DNA of 62,351 nt, filler included, from Dugesia japonica (Eukaryota), in assembly GCA_001938525.1 (NCBI GenBank). It is 5 parts of 5 records of this genome, joined end to end, with 100 filler letters (N's around TTAATTAATTAA, not from the genome) between each part and the next. Parts side by side here need not be neighbours in the genome. Positions count along the whole stretch, not along the records: positions 17,219 to 27,294 come from MQRL01639952.1; positions 27,395 to 38,594 come from MQRL01618280.1; 3 more parts are not named here. One strand, written 5' to 3'. Position numbers and translations under genes: made by a program. Below are positions 23,871 through 36,989 of this stretch, in pieces; position 1 is the stretch's first letter; each line of letters begins with the position of its first letter. Below the pieces are notes generated by a model. It worked only from the letters and a program-made list of their open reading frames with translations, was not told the DNA's origin and searched no databases.

Positions 23871-24520
23871 TCATGGCAAAATTTTTGCCTTATTTGATAT
23901 TACATCCTGTGCTGTTTTCATTCCAATAGTTCCAATGCATCTTAGAATATGTAGTGCAAATATACAAATTGTTTGTAACCAATCAAATCCACATGGTTTT
24001 CCTACAAAGTATGGCAATTCAGCTTTACTTGTGCTATATAACGATATAATATCTAGATTAGACATTTATTTTTCGAAAATTTAAAGTTAAAATGAGTTTT
24101 TGAGTCTTTAACAAAGTTGATTAATTTTCCACTATCATATTAATTTCTATATTGTTTATACATGAAGTGAACACTGATAAATACATTGGATATTTGACTA
24201 TTATTTTAAAAATGTCTTTATTTTCATATTATTCCAACAATATTACTAATGATGAACATTTGTTGATTATAAATGATTATATTTTGAAGCTTTTAATTTC
24301 TATTTTCTTGTATTGAATAGTGGATATTCTTGTATTTCTAATCCAATTTTTTTTTCAGGATTGTATTAAATCTTACACTTGCAACATTATTTTGTACCTT
24401 AAATTGAAATTATTGATTTTTGTTTAGAACAAGACCATATAATAATTGCGAGCAGTTTTGAACAAAATAATTCTTTAGTTCTTTCAAATCCGATATATAT
24501 AAATCATCTTTGAACTGAAT
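23871..24520 (-). pseudogene. Possible Maverick small core protein and minor capsid (penton) remnants
   Basis: FALHILRCIGTIGMKTAQDVIS resembles the Maverick small-protein motif (A-x-P-x-L...G...AxDV). Fragments IYI.SD, KLLAII and SVHF resemble penton motifs. Highly decayed. Confidence 0.35.
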
Positions 24521-24867
24521 TTCAATATCGGTGCTTACAAAATATGCCACTTTAATTCTGAGTTTAACGATGGGATTATTATAGAAATAAAAAAATCTTA
24601 AACCAAAATTCGAAACCTTCCACGCCGATTTTCAACCAATAAAATTCGAAATCGAAAAAGTTTTCTAACCACAAGTTTCGACCAATTGAAATCCTAAAAA
24701 ATTAAAACACTAAAACTGCCAAATTTTCTACTGCACTGTTAGTGGTGAGTGTTCCAGTGCGCCATTATCTACCTACTTGAACCATATATTTTTGTATATT
24801 ACTTCTAATTTATGTTTAATATGTTCATATAATTCATTCACTTTCAAATTGTATTGTCTTTAAACAG

Positions 24868-25233
24868 AGATCTGAAAAATCAATTACTTGTTCATTCCGA
24901 ACAAAACAATCAATTACGTTCTGAATTAAACAATGTTAAAAAAGAATTACATAATCAAGAGAAACGATACAAATCCGATTTATCAAAACTGTCACGGTTT
25001 TATTTAATTATTTAAAGCTCAAGATCATTTTTCATTTTAGAGAAAATGAATTATTGAAAAAACGATTAAAACTTTTTTTGGTAAATAATGAAGAATTATC
25101 AGACGAATTCCCTGAAAATTGTCGAAAAGTTAATGAATTATTACAAATGCATGCAGATATTTTAGAATTAAATGACCAGCTGCAAAGATCTCTTGTGGAT
25201 AAAGATATCAAACTTAGCAAGCTGGAATCCAAG
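24868..25233 (+). CDS. SNX29: Two coiled-coil exons (24868-24996 and 25041-25233) of a probable sorting nexin-29-like (RUN/PX) host gene
   Basis: A 44-nt GT-AG intron joins them in frame: ...DLSKLSRENELLKKRLKLFL...KVNELLQMHADILELNDQLQRSLVDKD..., resembling the SNX29 segments RENExLKxxLK and EMHGELIEFNERLHRALVAKE (from memory, not searched). Confidence 0.55.
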
Positions 25234-25344
25234 GTAACCATTTCTTTTTTTTATTAGTTGATTTTTCTCTCTTACAAAGTTCATATTTAAAATTACTAAA
25301 TTTCTAGTTTCTTTGTTTTTTTCGCTAAGTTAGATTCCTAATTT

Positions 25345-25545
25345 AATTTGCCTCATCTATTGACTAAAATTAATAAAATGCAACGATTATCCGTCTTCAA
25401 TTCATTGCTTATTCAACACGACAAAGACTCATTTCTTAATTGGTTTATCATTGGTAATAAGAAATGGATCCATTAAGGATCGAAATCGCCTCCGAAACCC
25501 AACATTCACGGAAAAAGGATATTGCTTAGCGTTTGATGGAACTAT
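25345..25545 (+). mobile_element. mariner transposase fragment
   Basis: PHLLTKINKMQRLSVFNSLLIQHDKDSFLNWFIIGNKKWI...PKPNIHGKRILLSV*W matches mariner WVPHxL...TGDEKW...KKxMLxVWW. Confidence 0.7.
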
Positions 25546-25557
25546 TCATTAGCAATA

Positions 25558-25760
25558 GTTCCTGAAGAAGACAGCCGAAATATTGAACGAAATATGAAAA
25601 TAGAAAAACATCGTTTTGATCTTTGCAATTGAAAATAAATTTTACGTATTGAAATTTGTTTTTCAAAATATTTATTTAATTTACAATCAATGGAAAGTTA
25701 ATTTTCAAAAAATAAATTTTGAAATGAAAAATTTTAAAATTTTAATTTCTGAAATGAAAG
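25558..25760 (+). mobile_element. About 200 bp pLTR-like repeat headed by a hammerhead motif (25558-25588)
   Basis: gttc CTGAAGA agacagcc GAAA ta TT^gaac, with a shortened stem II. The downstream sequence matches 47756-47935. Confidence 0.65.
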
Positions 25761-25889
25761 TTACTTTTAAATAACAATTAAATTTCATAATTTATTACAT
25801 TTACTTAAAATAAATAATCTTTAATTATGGAAGTCAATAAAGTGCAACTTAGTTCTCTTATCCTCTACGACAGCTGCAGCCAAGATTAA

Positions 25890-25924
25890 CTTTCTGAAGA
25901 AGAGAATTGTCGAAAATTCGGATT
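25890..25924 (+). ncRNA. Degenerate minimal hammerhead motif
   Basis: CTGAAGA a gag-aatt-gtc GAAA at TC. Core intact, stems mismatched. A related decayed copy lies on the minus strand at about 9270-9300. Confidence 0.45.
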
Positions 25925-26135
25925 ACTGACAAAACAAAATACAACATTTAGATCTAAACCTCTTAATTTATTTAAATATATAATACTTTATTATCAAAAA
26001 ATATTTTGGAATAATGATTTTTATATATTATTAAGAATGAGACGGATAAATTCATTAATAAAAGAGAAAGAATAAAATTTGTTTTTTCAAGCAAATTAAA
26101 ACAGAGCCAAAAACTCTGAAACTCAATTTTAATTT

Positions 26136-27131
26136 TCACTTGTTGGCTTTACTGTTTTCAAGTATTCGTAGAAGTTTCGCAAATATGTTCCACGAGTTCC
26201 TTCTTCGAAAACTACAATCTCCTTGCGGATTGTTTTTGATAAATCTTTTGGAACGTTCAATCTTTGCTTTTTTACACTTCTTATCCTTCAAAATTGCCAA
26301 TTCAAGCTTTTCTTTCAATGACATGTTTGTGGGGCTGTCAACAGAATCGCTATTAGACGAAACGCTAGTCGAATAGAGATGCTCGCCTGGTCGCTGATTC
26401 AGCCGCTCATTCAATTGAACTATGGAATTTACAATGGCTGATTTGCTAAGGTGCTCAAATGACAGTGCTGGATCCAAATTGTCGTATCGTTGATTACCTT
26501 TGTACAGATATTGCAGCAAGCTAGAAAAAGTTGTCCGTCGCTCATTTATTCGTAGCGCCAATGCAGCTTTCAATCTAACATCTAGATCCGTGTCTCCAAG
26601 GTTATTTACCATGAACAATAGTGTTGTATCGGCTGACAACAGTGTTGCATCATTTTATCACAATGTTTCCACAACCAATTTCACCTGGCCCGAGACATTA
26701 TACAACAGATGAAATTGCGTTGAACTCCTTATCAGTTATCTCAATTTCGGACTCAAGATCAATCAACGACTTGCGATTGCAATTTTTCAATTTCATGAAA
26801 CGTGCCAACAATGTGTGCAGGCTACTCCAACGAGTTTTGGAGTCGAGTATTAATGAAAGGGCTTTACCAAACTCATTTCGATGTGAACGTTTACATTTAA
26901 ATATCTGCGATTTTTAATTGACGTCCAACTGAATAATCAAATGTCAAATTGAATCGCATTCCTTGCGATCGGAGACGAGTGAACTTCGATATGACCGTCT
27001 CTCTGATTTTGTTTGCGTATTTGACTACCAAATTTTGAATTGTCATAGCCGATTTCGGAACAACAAACCCACCAGCTTTTAGTGATGTTCTCAGTTCAGC
27101 TGAGGTAACAAATACTCTAAATGATAGTCCT
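26136..27131 (-). mobile_element. hAT transposon fragment, same family as 18934-20315 with a different internal deletion
   Basis: Long near-identity with 19234-19745 and 19810-19985, plus an extra LDSKTRWSSLHTLLARF segment (hAT TRW motif). Confidence 0.9.
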
Positions 27132-27402
27132 GTGTTTTAATGAAATTCTTAAATTGAATGATTTTAATGAACAGGTGATGGTTCATCACAAATTGGTTTT
27201 CACTACTTTGGGAATTATATAATAAATATATTTTGTAACAGTGTGATTAATCTGGCGGACCAGAAAAATGTTCAAGGCCAGCCGCATGCGGCCCNNNNNN
27301 NNNNNNNNNNNNNNNNNNNNNNNNNNNNNNNNNNNNNNTTAATTAATTAANNNNNNNNNNNNNNNNNNNNNNNNNNNNNNNNNNNNNNNNNNNNAAAAAA
27401 GT

Positions 27403-27555
27403 CAATTCCTGACTAAGACAAGGTCGAAATATCGAATTGTTATCAAATTTCAATAAAAAAAACAAATTTTGACCGAAGCTTTTATTTTAAATGAATTCCA
27501 TAAAACGATCAATGGTTACATACAACAATTATTCTGCAAAAATTGCAATTGTAAA
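27403..27555 (+). mobile_element. pLTR-like repeat headed by a hammerhead (27403-27439) with a core mutation
   Basis: caattc CTGACTA a gac-aag-gtc GAAA ta TC gaattg (G8 changed to U), followed by aataaa...gatcaatggtt...aattatt, which is shared with about 9170-9300, 35880-35960, 38935-39010 and 41690-41832. Confidence 0.7.
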
Positions 27556-27559
27556 AATG

Positions 27560-28108
27560 ATTAAGATAAGGTGATATTTCTGGATGAGTTTTGAGTAAGT
27601 TGCAGTTCGTGACAAAATATGGAAGAAGTCTAATTAATACAACACCAAGGAAAATTATTAGTTCAATAACAAGAAAAAATATTTTTGTATTGCCAGCTGT
27701 GTGTAAGAGAAGACTGATAAATTTTGGTATGCATGAGTGAGCATATAATCAACAAACTTTTAATGTTTATTGTACATTTATTGGATTACGTTAAGGAACA
27801 AGGAAAAATTAATTTAAAAATAATTTTAGATAATGCTTCAATTCATAAAGAAAAGGAATTAAAAATTATGACTGAAAACAGAAGACATGAATTAGTATTT
27901 CTGCCGGCATATAGCCCTCCATTGAATCCGATAGAAGAGATTGTTTCAAGATGTAAAAGTTGATGAAGGCGAAAATTCAAATACAAAAGAAGATTTATAT
28001 GCAGCTATTAACTCAACAATATCGAATATTACTGAAATCGATTTTATAAATCATTTTAATCATGTTAGATAGTTTGCAGTAAAAGGTGTTAGAAAAGAAG
28101 ATTTTTAA
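27560..28108 (+). mobile_element. IS630/Tc1-type DDE transposase pseudogene
   Basis: VIFLDE...YGRSL...IILDNASIHK...VFLPAYSPPLNPIEE, with stops. Confidence 0.85.
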
Positions 28109-29982
28109 TAAAATATTTGAAAATTTAATTTTCTTGTTTCAGAATTTCTTTAAAAATTTTTATTATTTTTTAACAGATTAAATTATATATTATTACAAAA
28201 CGATTAAATTAAGTTAAAAACCCTGTATGTTTGTTTATCTGAAATTACAAATGATTAATAAATCACTTTTACAGTCATTTTTTTTTTTGAATAAAATTGA
28301 ATTACAGAAACCAGGATAAAATGTATGTTTCCGGTCAATTCAGGTTTCCCAAGACATCTGAGAGTCCTGATTAATCTAAAAGTGTTTAAACTTAAAATTA
28401 TGTTGTTTATTTCATTCATATTTTTATATGTTAGTTAGACATTTACTATTTTGATAAGTTACATTAAACCTTGATCAAACAAACTATACAAAAAAAAATG
28501 AATTGAAGAGCAATGACAGCTTTTAATATTAAACAAATTTCGTTTCACTCGAGTCACTTAACTTTTGAATTTCCCAGAAAATTATTGAATAGAATACTCT
28601 GTGTTAAATCGGAAGCAGAGGCTGTACATAAAATTTAAATAACAATGTAACTAAGTTTTAGATATAAATTAAAAAGTGAATATCGTTTCGATTTAAAATG
28701 GAACATTTTAATGTGATATTTTCCAAAATATTTCATTGTTTACTTAATTATATTTTTTACAAAGTCTTGAAAAGATTTTAATTTTTCTTTCATTCATATA
28801 ATAAATCCAATATTTCACTTAAGTGTTAACTTCAGGTGTTTTTTTTTTTTAATTGAAATTTTTGTTTTTTTTTAATATTTAACTATAACTCAGTAACTCA
28901 GTAAATAAATATTGTTGTTATTTTCAAACTTTTTTAAAATAAATAATATCTTCTATTTTTTGGAAACAATCCAAAAATGATCCAGGCTTATTTGCAAATT
29001 TTATTTTATTGAAATACAAAAATTAAGATATGTTCAAACATGATTAAAAAATTAACATTAGTTACCAAATTTGGAAACATGTTTTTGTGAGAAAACATTT
29101 TTAGATTCAATTTTTCACTTGACTCCTGAAAAATTAATTGTCTTTGTTGAGTAATTTAATTTTTACGTTTGAATTCTATTTATAAATAATATACAAATAA
29201 ATAATAACAACAAATGAAATTGAAGCAGTATTAATAAGAATAATTATATTAGCAATATAATTATTATTAAAATAAATTATATTTATCAATAATAATCGTA
29301 TTAAAATGACAAAACATTGCTAAATTGTATAATTTAATAAAATTTATCAACAGAAATTATTCTTAGTTTATTGCATATGCATATCGATTGATTGCAGCAG
29401 CTAATGAAAATTCGAATTGATGATTGTTGGCATATAATAATTAAAGTAACTGTTACTTATAATTGATAGTAGTATGCGAATTGATGAGGATCAGTGTCTT
29501 TAGAAATTGTTCGGTGGGGTGAGATAATGATCCTGCTGCACAGGCTATGGGGAAACCGATCAGAGATGACTGCTAAATATTTTCACAGCTGCTGTGAATA
29601 AAAGAGGGAGCGTCTGGTTTTTAGTAATAATGAATGATAGGGCAATTATGGTATTTAGGTTTTCTTTCAGTTAATTAGCACTGACCGCATCGGGTAGATC
29701 ATCTGTCGATGATGATTTCCTGGGAGAATAAAACTAGGAGATGAGCAAGTCTGTCTGTTGGGAAATTATGCTGCATAGGCTGTTAATTATCAGCTAGTAC
29801 AACTTGATATTACTCAATCCATTGCACAACAAGGATTACCAAGGTGAGATAAGACAAATATACACTGGTGTTGACAGTAATTACTCCTGGACAGGACGAT
29901 TTATTTCTAGCTTCCCAATAATGAAAATAATGATAATTCTAATGCTACTGACAATATTCATGCTGAGGAGGATGCTTCTTTC

Positions 29983-30047
<65 letters not shown>

Positions 30048-31941
30048 NNNNNNNNNNNNNNNNNNNNNNNNNNNNNNNNNNNNNNNNNNNNNNNNNNNNN
30101 NNNNNNNNNNNNNNNNNNNNNNNNNNNNNNNNNNNNNNNNNNNNNNNNNNNNNNNNNNNNNNNNNNNNNNNNNNNNNNNNNNNNNNNNNNNNNNNNNNNN
30201 NNNNNNNNNNNNNNNNNNNNNNNNNNNNNNNNNNNNNNNNNNNNNNNNNNNNNNNNNNAAAATATTATATAAATAAAAGTGATCAAATTTTTTCAAAAAT
30301 TAAGCAAAATAATAACTATTTTTGTCTATTTTTATTTAATAATTTAATATAATTATTTTAACTATAATTGGTTTGAATCCAATCTTCGTTCATGTAATCC
30401 AAAAATAATGTTCAAAATTATATAGCTTTTTTGACCACTTTATTTTCAAGAATAATTTATAGAGCATATAAAATAATTAAGACTAGGAATTAAGTTGATA
30501 TAGTTCCATACCAAAGTTCTAATTTTAGCTGATTTCACTGATTTCATACTTGTTTGTGAATACATTGTTTTTTGAAAGTGATATTATAAATTATTTTATA
30601 TAAAAAACCCTTCGTCTATTTATAATTTTATTTCTTTGGCTTTTATGTTGTAACTTTATCTATATTTTCTAAATTAATTTTATACTTTGTCAATTTTGCT
30701 TATAATGTTGTTCACTTATGCCTCGACAAATAATAACACCCTTAATATGATTAATAATACAATTCTTCTTTTAATTTTCTTTTTATTATTTTTTTAATGT
30801 TTATGTACAANNNNNNNNNNNNNNNNNNNNNNNNNNNNNNNNNNNNNNNNNNNNNNNNNNNNNNNNNNNNNCATAGTTCTGACTCAATTCCATTTCGATT
30901 CAGCCAATAATAATTTTAAAGTTCAGCACAAATTTAAATAATCTCTAATAAAACTATTTAATTTAGAAATTGTTAATTACAAATAACCTAATAAAAAAAT
31001 TATAAGAATGTTGTTTCAATAAAAATCGGTTAAGAAAATTCTGTTATTTTATTTTCGTTTATTATTGATCTATTAACATTCTAGAAATGTTTAGTAATCC
31101 AAGTTAAATCGGTGATCTTAAGCCATNNNNNNNNNNNNNNNNNNNNNNNNNNNNCCACAAGGTAATTTTTTATATGATTGGTAATGTAATTTTTTGTGTC
31201 GTTTCGAGGTTTTGTTCAGAATTTATTTACTTTCAAAGATTTTTTCTAGATTATGAAAAAATCCGTTTGATTTACTGGATTTTTATTTTTATGGTTTAAC
31301 AAATAAGACTCCCTGAATTATATAAGTTTGTCTCATTATTTGTTGAACTTTATTTATTATTTTGTTAATATTATTTGGAGTTTCGTCTAATTTTATCATG
31401 TAAATGTTAAATTACAAGAAAATTTACAATGGTTGAAACTTGAATTATCAGTTTATTTAAAAAGTGTTCAGATCTCATCCATTCTAATTTTAAAATATTT
31501 CGTATCTTTATTTGTGTAAAACGGCGAGGTGAAAACAAAAAATTTTCTAACAGAAATAAACAAACTTTATGATGAATCAAAAAAGTTTTATTTAAGCAGA
31601 CAATCTACGATAGTTTATTATAGATAATATTAGACAAGACTGTCCAATCTAATAATCTTTTATATATCACTACATGTTTTCAAAAAGTCTTTATTTTGGG
31701 AAAAAAATTATGTCATATATAAAATTATTTGATAAATAAAGTTTCTATCTCAACAAGGAATAATTATATATTGATGATCTCAATTTATCATCCGATTCCT
31801 AAGAAAATCAGTACTCAAAGCCACTGAAAAAACTAACTAAATAAACACTAATTTTAATTAAATGAAATCAAACTTGAGCCAATAAGCATAATAATAAAAA
31901 CTAATAATTTCGATAAACTCCAATAATTAAAATGTCCGTGA

Positions 31942-32205
31942 CAGAAGCGTAGCTAGTGTGTTTGGCGCCCGGGGAAAAGATTCATATTTTACGGCCCCCA
32001 CTGAAAAATTAAGAGTCATCCAATGTAACAGCAATATTAAATTCACACAATAAGATTGATAAGGTTGACTGTAAGAGATTGACGAACGTTCAATCTTGAT
32101 ATATATCATATTAAAACGATACAAAAAATACACAATACAAATATTTCAAACCCCATTTTGGCGCCCGGAGACACTTGTCCCCCCTGGCCCCTAGCTACAC
32201 CTCTG
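31942..32205. mobile_element. MITE (hAT-like)
   Basis: TIRs cagaagcgtagctag and ctagctacacctctg, internal ggcgcccgg motifs, and a degenerate 8-bp flank (gtccgtga / attcctga). Confidence 0.7.
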
Positions 32206-33120
32206 ATTCCTGAATTTAATATTAATTAATAAAAATATTAATTTAATATTATCTGTTTCATTTACTATCAATTAAATCGTATTCTTGTTTATAGCTTCAA
32301 TTTTTCATGTTAATTTTTTATATAATTAATATTGTATTTTAAATTTTATTTATAATATTTATAAATATAACAATAATATAATAACAAAATAATAATTAAT
32401 AATAATATTAGTAGATATAAAATGACGAGTTAGAATCAAGGGGGTGTGGGGGACCCTTTAAAGAGTAAAAATAGGGTGTTTTTATGAGGTGTTTTGTTTA
32501 TTTGTAAGGTGTTTTTTGGTAATAAGATAAATTGGTTATATTTGTAAAAAATAAAATAAAAAAGCAATAAATATAAAAAGACGTTTTATAATGTAAATTT
32601 TGTTAAATTAGTATTGTGATATTTGACGAGGATGTGTGTTTTGTTGCGTTTTTGACAAAATAGTGTCAAATACAGAGTTTTAATGTGTTTTGGCACAGCG
32701 CTGGAGAACTATAAGACAGATTGATCACGCACTAACCACGCATAAAACACGTGGGGAAAACACGCGAAATGTCTCATGAGTGAGACGGTTGAGGTAACTA
32801 AAAGTGTTTTATTAAATCGTTTTTTTTAGCAAAACAATTTCATGTTTTTTAATGAAGAAAAACTAAAGTGTTTTTTTGTTGTTTTTTAAAAACTTTTTTT
32901 AATAACACAATTAAGTTTTTTAATGAAGAAAAAATAAAAAAGAAAGCGTTATATATTTATTTAGAAAATATAAAATAATTCTTTTTTTAAAAAATGGTTT
33001 TTAAAATTGTTTATTAACATAATAAAAACCCAAAAAAAATTTGTAAAAAAATTTAATAAATAGGAGGTATACACTCTAAAGCGTTTTTGTTACATATCTT
33101 AAAGCAGTAAAACATAAGAA

Positions 33121-34960
33121 ATGTCTGAATTAATTCGCAAAACTTTAGAAAATCTTTTAAAAACAAAGCGGGTTTATCCTCAGATGAAAAATCAAAAATA
33201 TCTGAAACAACCAAAAAAATATTTGTTTTGTGATAATTGTAGTAAACAATTTATAAGCGAATTCGGTTTAAATCAACATTTATCATCAAGAACATGTTTT
33301 AAAAATAATGAATAAGTGTAAGAAATGTTTTTTTGGGTGATACTCAAGCAATACAACATTTTAATATTAAATTACATGTAAAAAAAAGAGGAGAAAGAAT
33401 AACCAATGAATTATTTGATGCACTTCCCAAAGAAGGTGAAATATACTATGAAACAAAAAACGAAAGAAAATTATTTCTAAACAAGCTCCATAACAAAAAG
33501 AATTTGTTTTAGTTAAAAAGATTAATATAAAATTGTTAGATGGTTTGAAAATAGAAACAATTAAAATAATAAAAAAATATTTTGAATATGGGAAAAAAAT
33601 CAATGTTTGGTTAGATATTAAAACCCAACATTCTATAGAAAACGGATTCGAGGAGATTAAATGTGATTTTTTTTCAAAGAACGATAAGATTGTTTTATCT
33701 AGTAATATGATTGATTGTGTAGATAAACAATTAACAGAACTTCAAGATTAAGTTGAAGAATATGAAATGAGCGGGTCGGGATGGATAAAATTATAGAATA
33801 TAATATTGAATTATGTAAATATCAGTCTTTAGTAGGGTCTTGTTATAAAAAACTTCCATTTAAAAAACCAAGAATAATAAATATAAAAAATAGTGATAAT
33901 CGGTGTTTTATTTATAGTGCTTNGGCGCANAAACACAGATTTGAAAAATAAATCAACAAGATTAAGTAATTATTTACAATTTGTGTCTGATTTTAATATT
34001 AGAGGAATTTTATTCCCATTAAGAATAGAAGACGTAAAAAAATTGAGAAAATATAGATTGTTGAAATATGGAAAACATGGAATGTGGTAATGAAATCCAA
34101 CCAAATAACACTAAAATATGCAGAAGAAAAAACATATGACATGTTTTTGAAAATAGAAAGATGTGTTCGGGATAGTTTTTTTTTCACGAGTTTGCAAGCA
34201 CAAATCCAAATTTTAAAGTGATAAATTCGGAAACAAGAGATAATTTGTTGAATTTATTAGAAAATAAACAAAATATTCCAGATGAATATTTAAAAAAAAA
34301 TAATATAAAGTATCTAGATGAAAACAGTCTATATTCGGCGTGAATAACAAAACCACTTCCTTCTTGAGGAAATAAGTAAATTCAAAGAACACATTTATAC
34401 TCTGATAAACTCTTTAGTTTAATTGTTTGATTATATTTATGAGATTGATCTGGAGTATCCGCCAGAAATATACGATAAAATCAAGTATTTCCCGCTGGCT
34501 CCAGACAGAATAAACATTACGGATGACATGTTATCACCATACCAGCTTTCTTTCAACAAAAAGGAAAGTAAAACCCCCAAACTAACCCTAAATCAGTTTG
34601 ATAAAAATAATTACGTGATCTTTGGATCTTTATTAGATCTTTATTTAAAACTTGGTATGAAAATAAAAAAATTGCTCAATATCGCCTTTTATGGAAAGAC
34701 GCTTGAGGACGTTTAAAAAAGAGTAAATGTTGTAATTGTCACAAGTGACAAAATCTTCCAAAAAGAGTCAAGCCAAATATCTTACAAGTATAGTAAGATA
34801 TTTATTAAAAGCATCGCCTCAATACAAGTGAATAATAATATAATAAGTTTCCATATATTGGGTTTGTGGTATTGGAATTTGCCAAATTGGTTATTTATGA
34901 TTCCATATATAATCAATTAGACACCGTAATTCCGAACAAATATAAAATCCATTATTCGGA
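33121..34960 (+). pseudogene. Maverick protein-primed family B DNA polymerase with an N-terminal C2H2 finger, fragmented
   Basis: CDNCSKQF...LNQHL; EMSGSGW; INIKNSDNRCFIYS; YLDENSLYS (motif A); YEIDLEYP...FPLAPD; KLLNIAFYGKTLE (motif B); YIGFVVLEFAKLVIYD. Confidence 0.85.
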
Positions 34961-35626
34961 TAATGAAATAATGAAATTAATTTATTTAAATTTAAATCGT
35001 TTTCCATTTATTTAATTTTTTTCATATAAAAATAATGTTTTATATTTATTATACTTTTTATATGGTTTAAGTTTTAATGATTTTAATTTTTTTAATACTG
35101 ATAAATTTTTTTATCTAAATTATTGTGTCCGACTTTTTTGTTGCTATTAATTTAGATAATTCTGCAAAAAGCAATATTGGATTTGTTGGCCATAATTGTT
35201 TATTATTTTTATTTTTAATTAATTATTTTTTATTTATATTATTAATTAAACGAACTCCTTTAATTTCATCATTTTTTAAACCGGTGCCTTTTGGCGGGGT
35301 TGGGGTTTTTGATGGGTTTGGAGATTTTAATAACTCTTTTGTTGGATGTTTTTTAAAAATCTTGAAACTTTTCGTCATTTTTTAGAAAACGATTTTGTGT
35401 ATTATCTTTTTCGTTTTTGTTTTTATCATACAATTTATATATACACAATTTGTAAATATTTACCAGAACTTTTTTTAAAATTTTTTTTTTATTTTTAAAA
35501 AATCATTTGAATAATTTGAATCATCTTAATCGTTTGAATCATTTAAATTTAAACTTAGTATTTTTAATAAATTTATGAATACCTTCTCCTTGATAAAGAT
35601 TTTTAAAAAAATTTCCATTCTGTTTA

Positions 35627-35870
35627 ATCTTTTGGTTTTTCCTTCTTGATTTTTGCGATTTCAGCTTTTAATTTTTCTTTTTCTAAACCTGTTTTTTGTG
35701 CTTCTTTTCCTTTTGCAACTGTTAATGCTACGCCTCCGTCAATCCCTGCTGCCCCACTTAATCCTACAATTATTGGCGGAAATAATGCTGCTAATGGTAG
35801 GATTCTTCCGGTATGAATCGCATCACCTCCTTCTTTTTCATTAGAAGATAATTTTGATTTAACTGCAGCT
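35627..35870 (-). pseudogene. Maverick/adintovirus pX-like core peptide
   Basis: EKEGGDAIHTGRILPLAALFPPIIVGLSGAAGIDGGVALTVAKGKEAQK resembles the GG-x-LPL-x-x-L-x-P...GG-x-A pattern of adenovirus pX-like peptides. The 5' end is interrupted by a fold-back repeat. Confidence 0.55.
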
Positions 35871-35929
35871 TTTATAATTACAATTATTTTGAGAATAAAT
35901 GTTTGACTTAACCATTGATCTCATTTGAG

Positions 35930-36010
35930 ATTTCATTAAAATAAAGAAAAAGCTTCGATCAAATAAAATGATTTTATTTTGATCGAAGCTTTTTCTTTAT
36001 TTTTATGAAA
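35930..36010. repeat. Fold-back palindrome of the pLTR-like repeat
   Basis: tttcattaaaataaagaaaaagcttcgatcaaa pairs with tttgatcgaagctttttctttattttatgaaa. Confidence 0.8.
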
Positions 36011-36236
36011 TGCAACTTTTACTTTTTTTCCAATTCAATAATTTTTACCATTTATTTCAATTGATTTTGCTTTTTTAGAATTTTTTACTTTTATTAATTT
36101 TTCTTCTTCTGTTAATTTACTTTTTCTTGTCATTTTTCTATAATTATGTTTNNNNNNNNNNNNNNNNNNNNNNNNNNNNNNNNNNNNNNNNNNNNNNNNN
36201 NNNNNNNNNNNNNNNNNNNNNNNNNNNNNNNNNNNN

Positions 36237-36950
36237 GAATAATCAATTATTGCCTAATAATTTTAGATTGTTAATTATTGGTTCTAGTGGTTCAGGTAAA
36301 AATGTTTTATTAATGAACATGCTATTAACTGACAAATTTTATTTGATTATAATCATTTATTATTTATTCAACAACAATAAATAAATTTGAATTACCATTA
36401 TTAATTGAGGGATTTGAGCGGGGATTAACTAAACAAGATATTATATTTATTTTTGAAAAACAATTTTTAGTTCTTGATAGATTAAATGAAACTCCAAAAG
36501 ATGTTATTAAATAGTTTTCAGAAAAAAGATTTATAACAAACAAAAAGCAAATTATTGATATTACATTAAGAAATGAACCAAATGAAATTATTTTTTGTGA
36601 TTTATTAACTAAAGAAAAAAAGAATTTAATTATTTTCGATGATGTTGTTAATGAAAAAAAAATCAAGATATACAAAAATCCTATTTTACAAGGGGGAGAC
36701 ATAATAATTGTAATTTTATATATATATTTTGCAAACATATTTTCGTTTAGATAAAAATTCTATAAGAAATAATTCTAATTGTTTAATTTTTTAATACTCG
36801 AATAAAAACGATAGTGATAAAGTTTATCACTATTTATTTTCAAACAAAATTGATTATGATTTTATATTTAGTAACCATTAGAAAAATAAATATACGTTTT
36901 TTTTATTTAAATCGCGAAACCGAACAAGTTTTAACAACAGATGAATTTTT
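36237..36950 (+). pseudogene. Maverick A32/FtsK-like packaging ATPase remnant
   Basis: LLPNNFRLLIIGSSGSGK (Walker A), NLIIFDDV (Walker B), RGRHNNC and QTYFRLDKNSIRNNSN. Confidence 0.85.
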
Positions 36951-36989
36951 TAATTTATTTTAATGGTTTTAATTTAGTAATTAGATTTA

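Larger units (their letters stand above)
21797..24777 (-). mobile_element. Deleted Maverick/Polinton (about 3 kb) with TIRs, retaining capsid-module pseudogenes
   Basis: Left end AGTAAGTA at 21797 and right end TACCTACT at 24777. 21825-21950 is inverted relative to 24605-24750. The flanking hexamers tttacc and tgaacc match at 4 of 6. Confidence 0.75.

Noticed and set aside
29380-29985. Higher-GC segment that might be a LINE ORF1/endonuclease remnant
   Set aside because: No diagnostic motif could be read with confidence.
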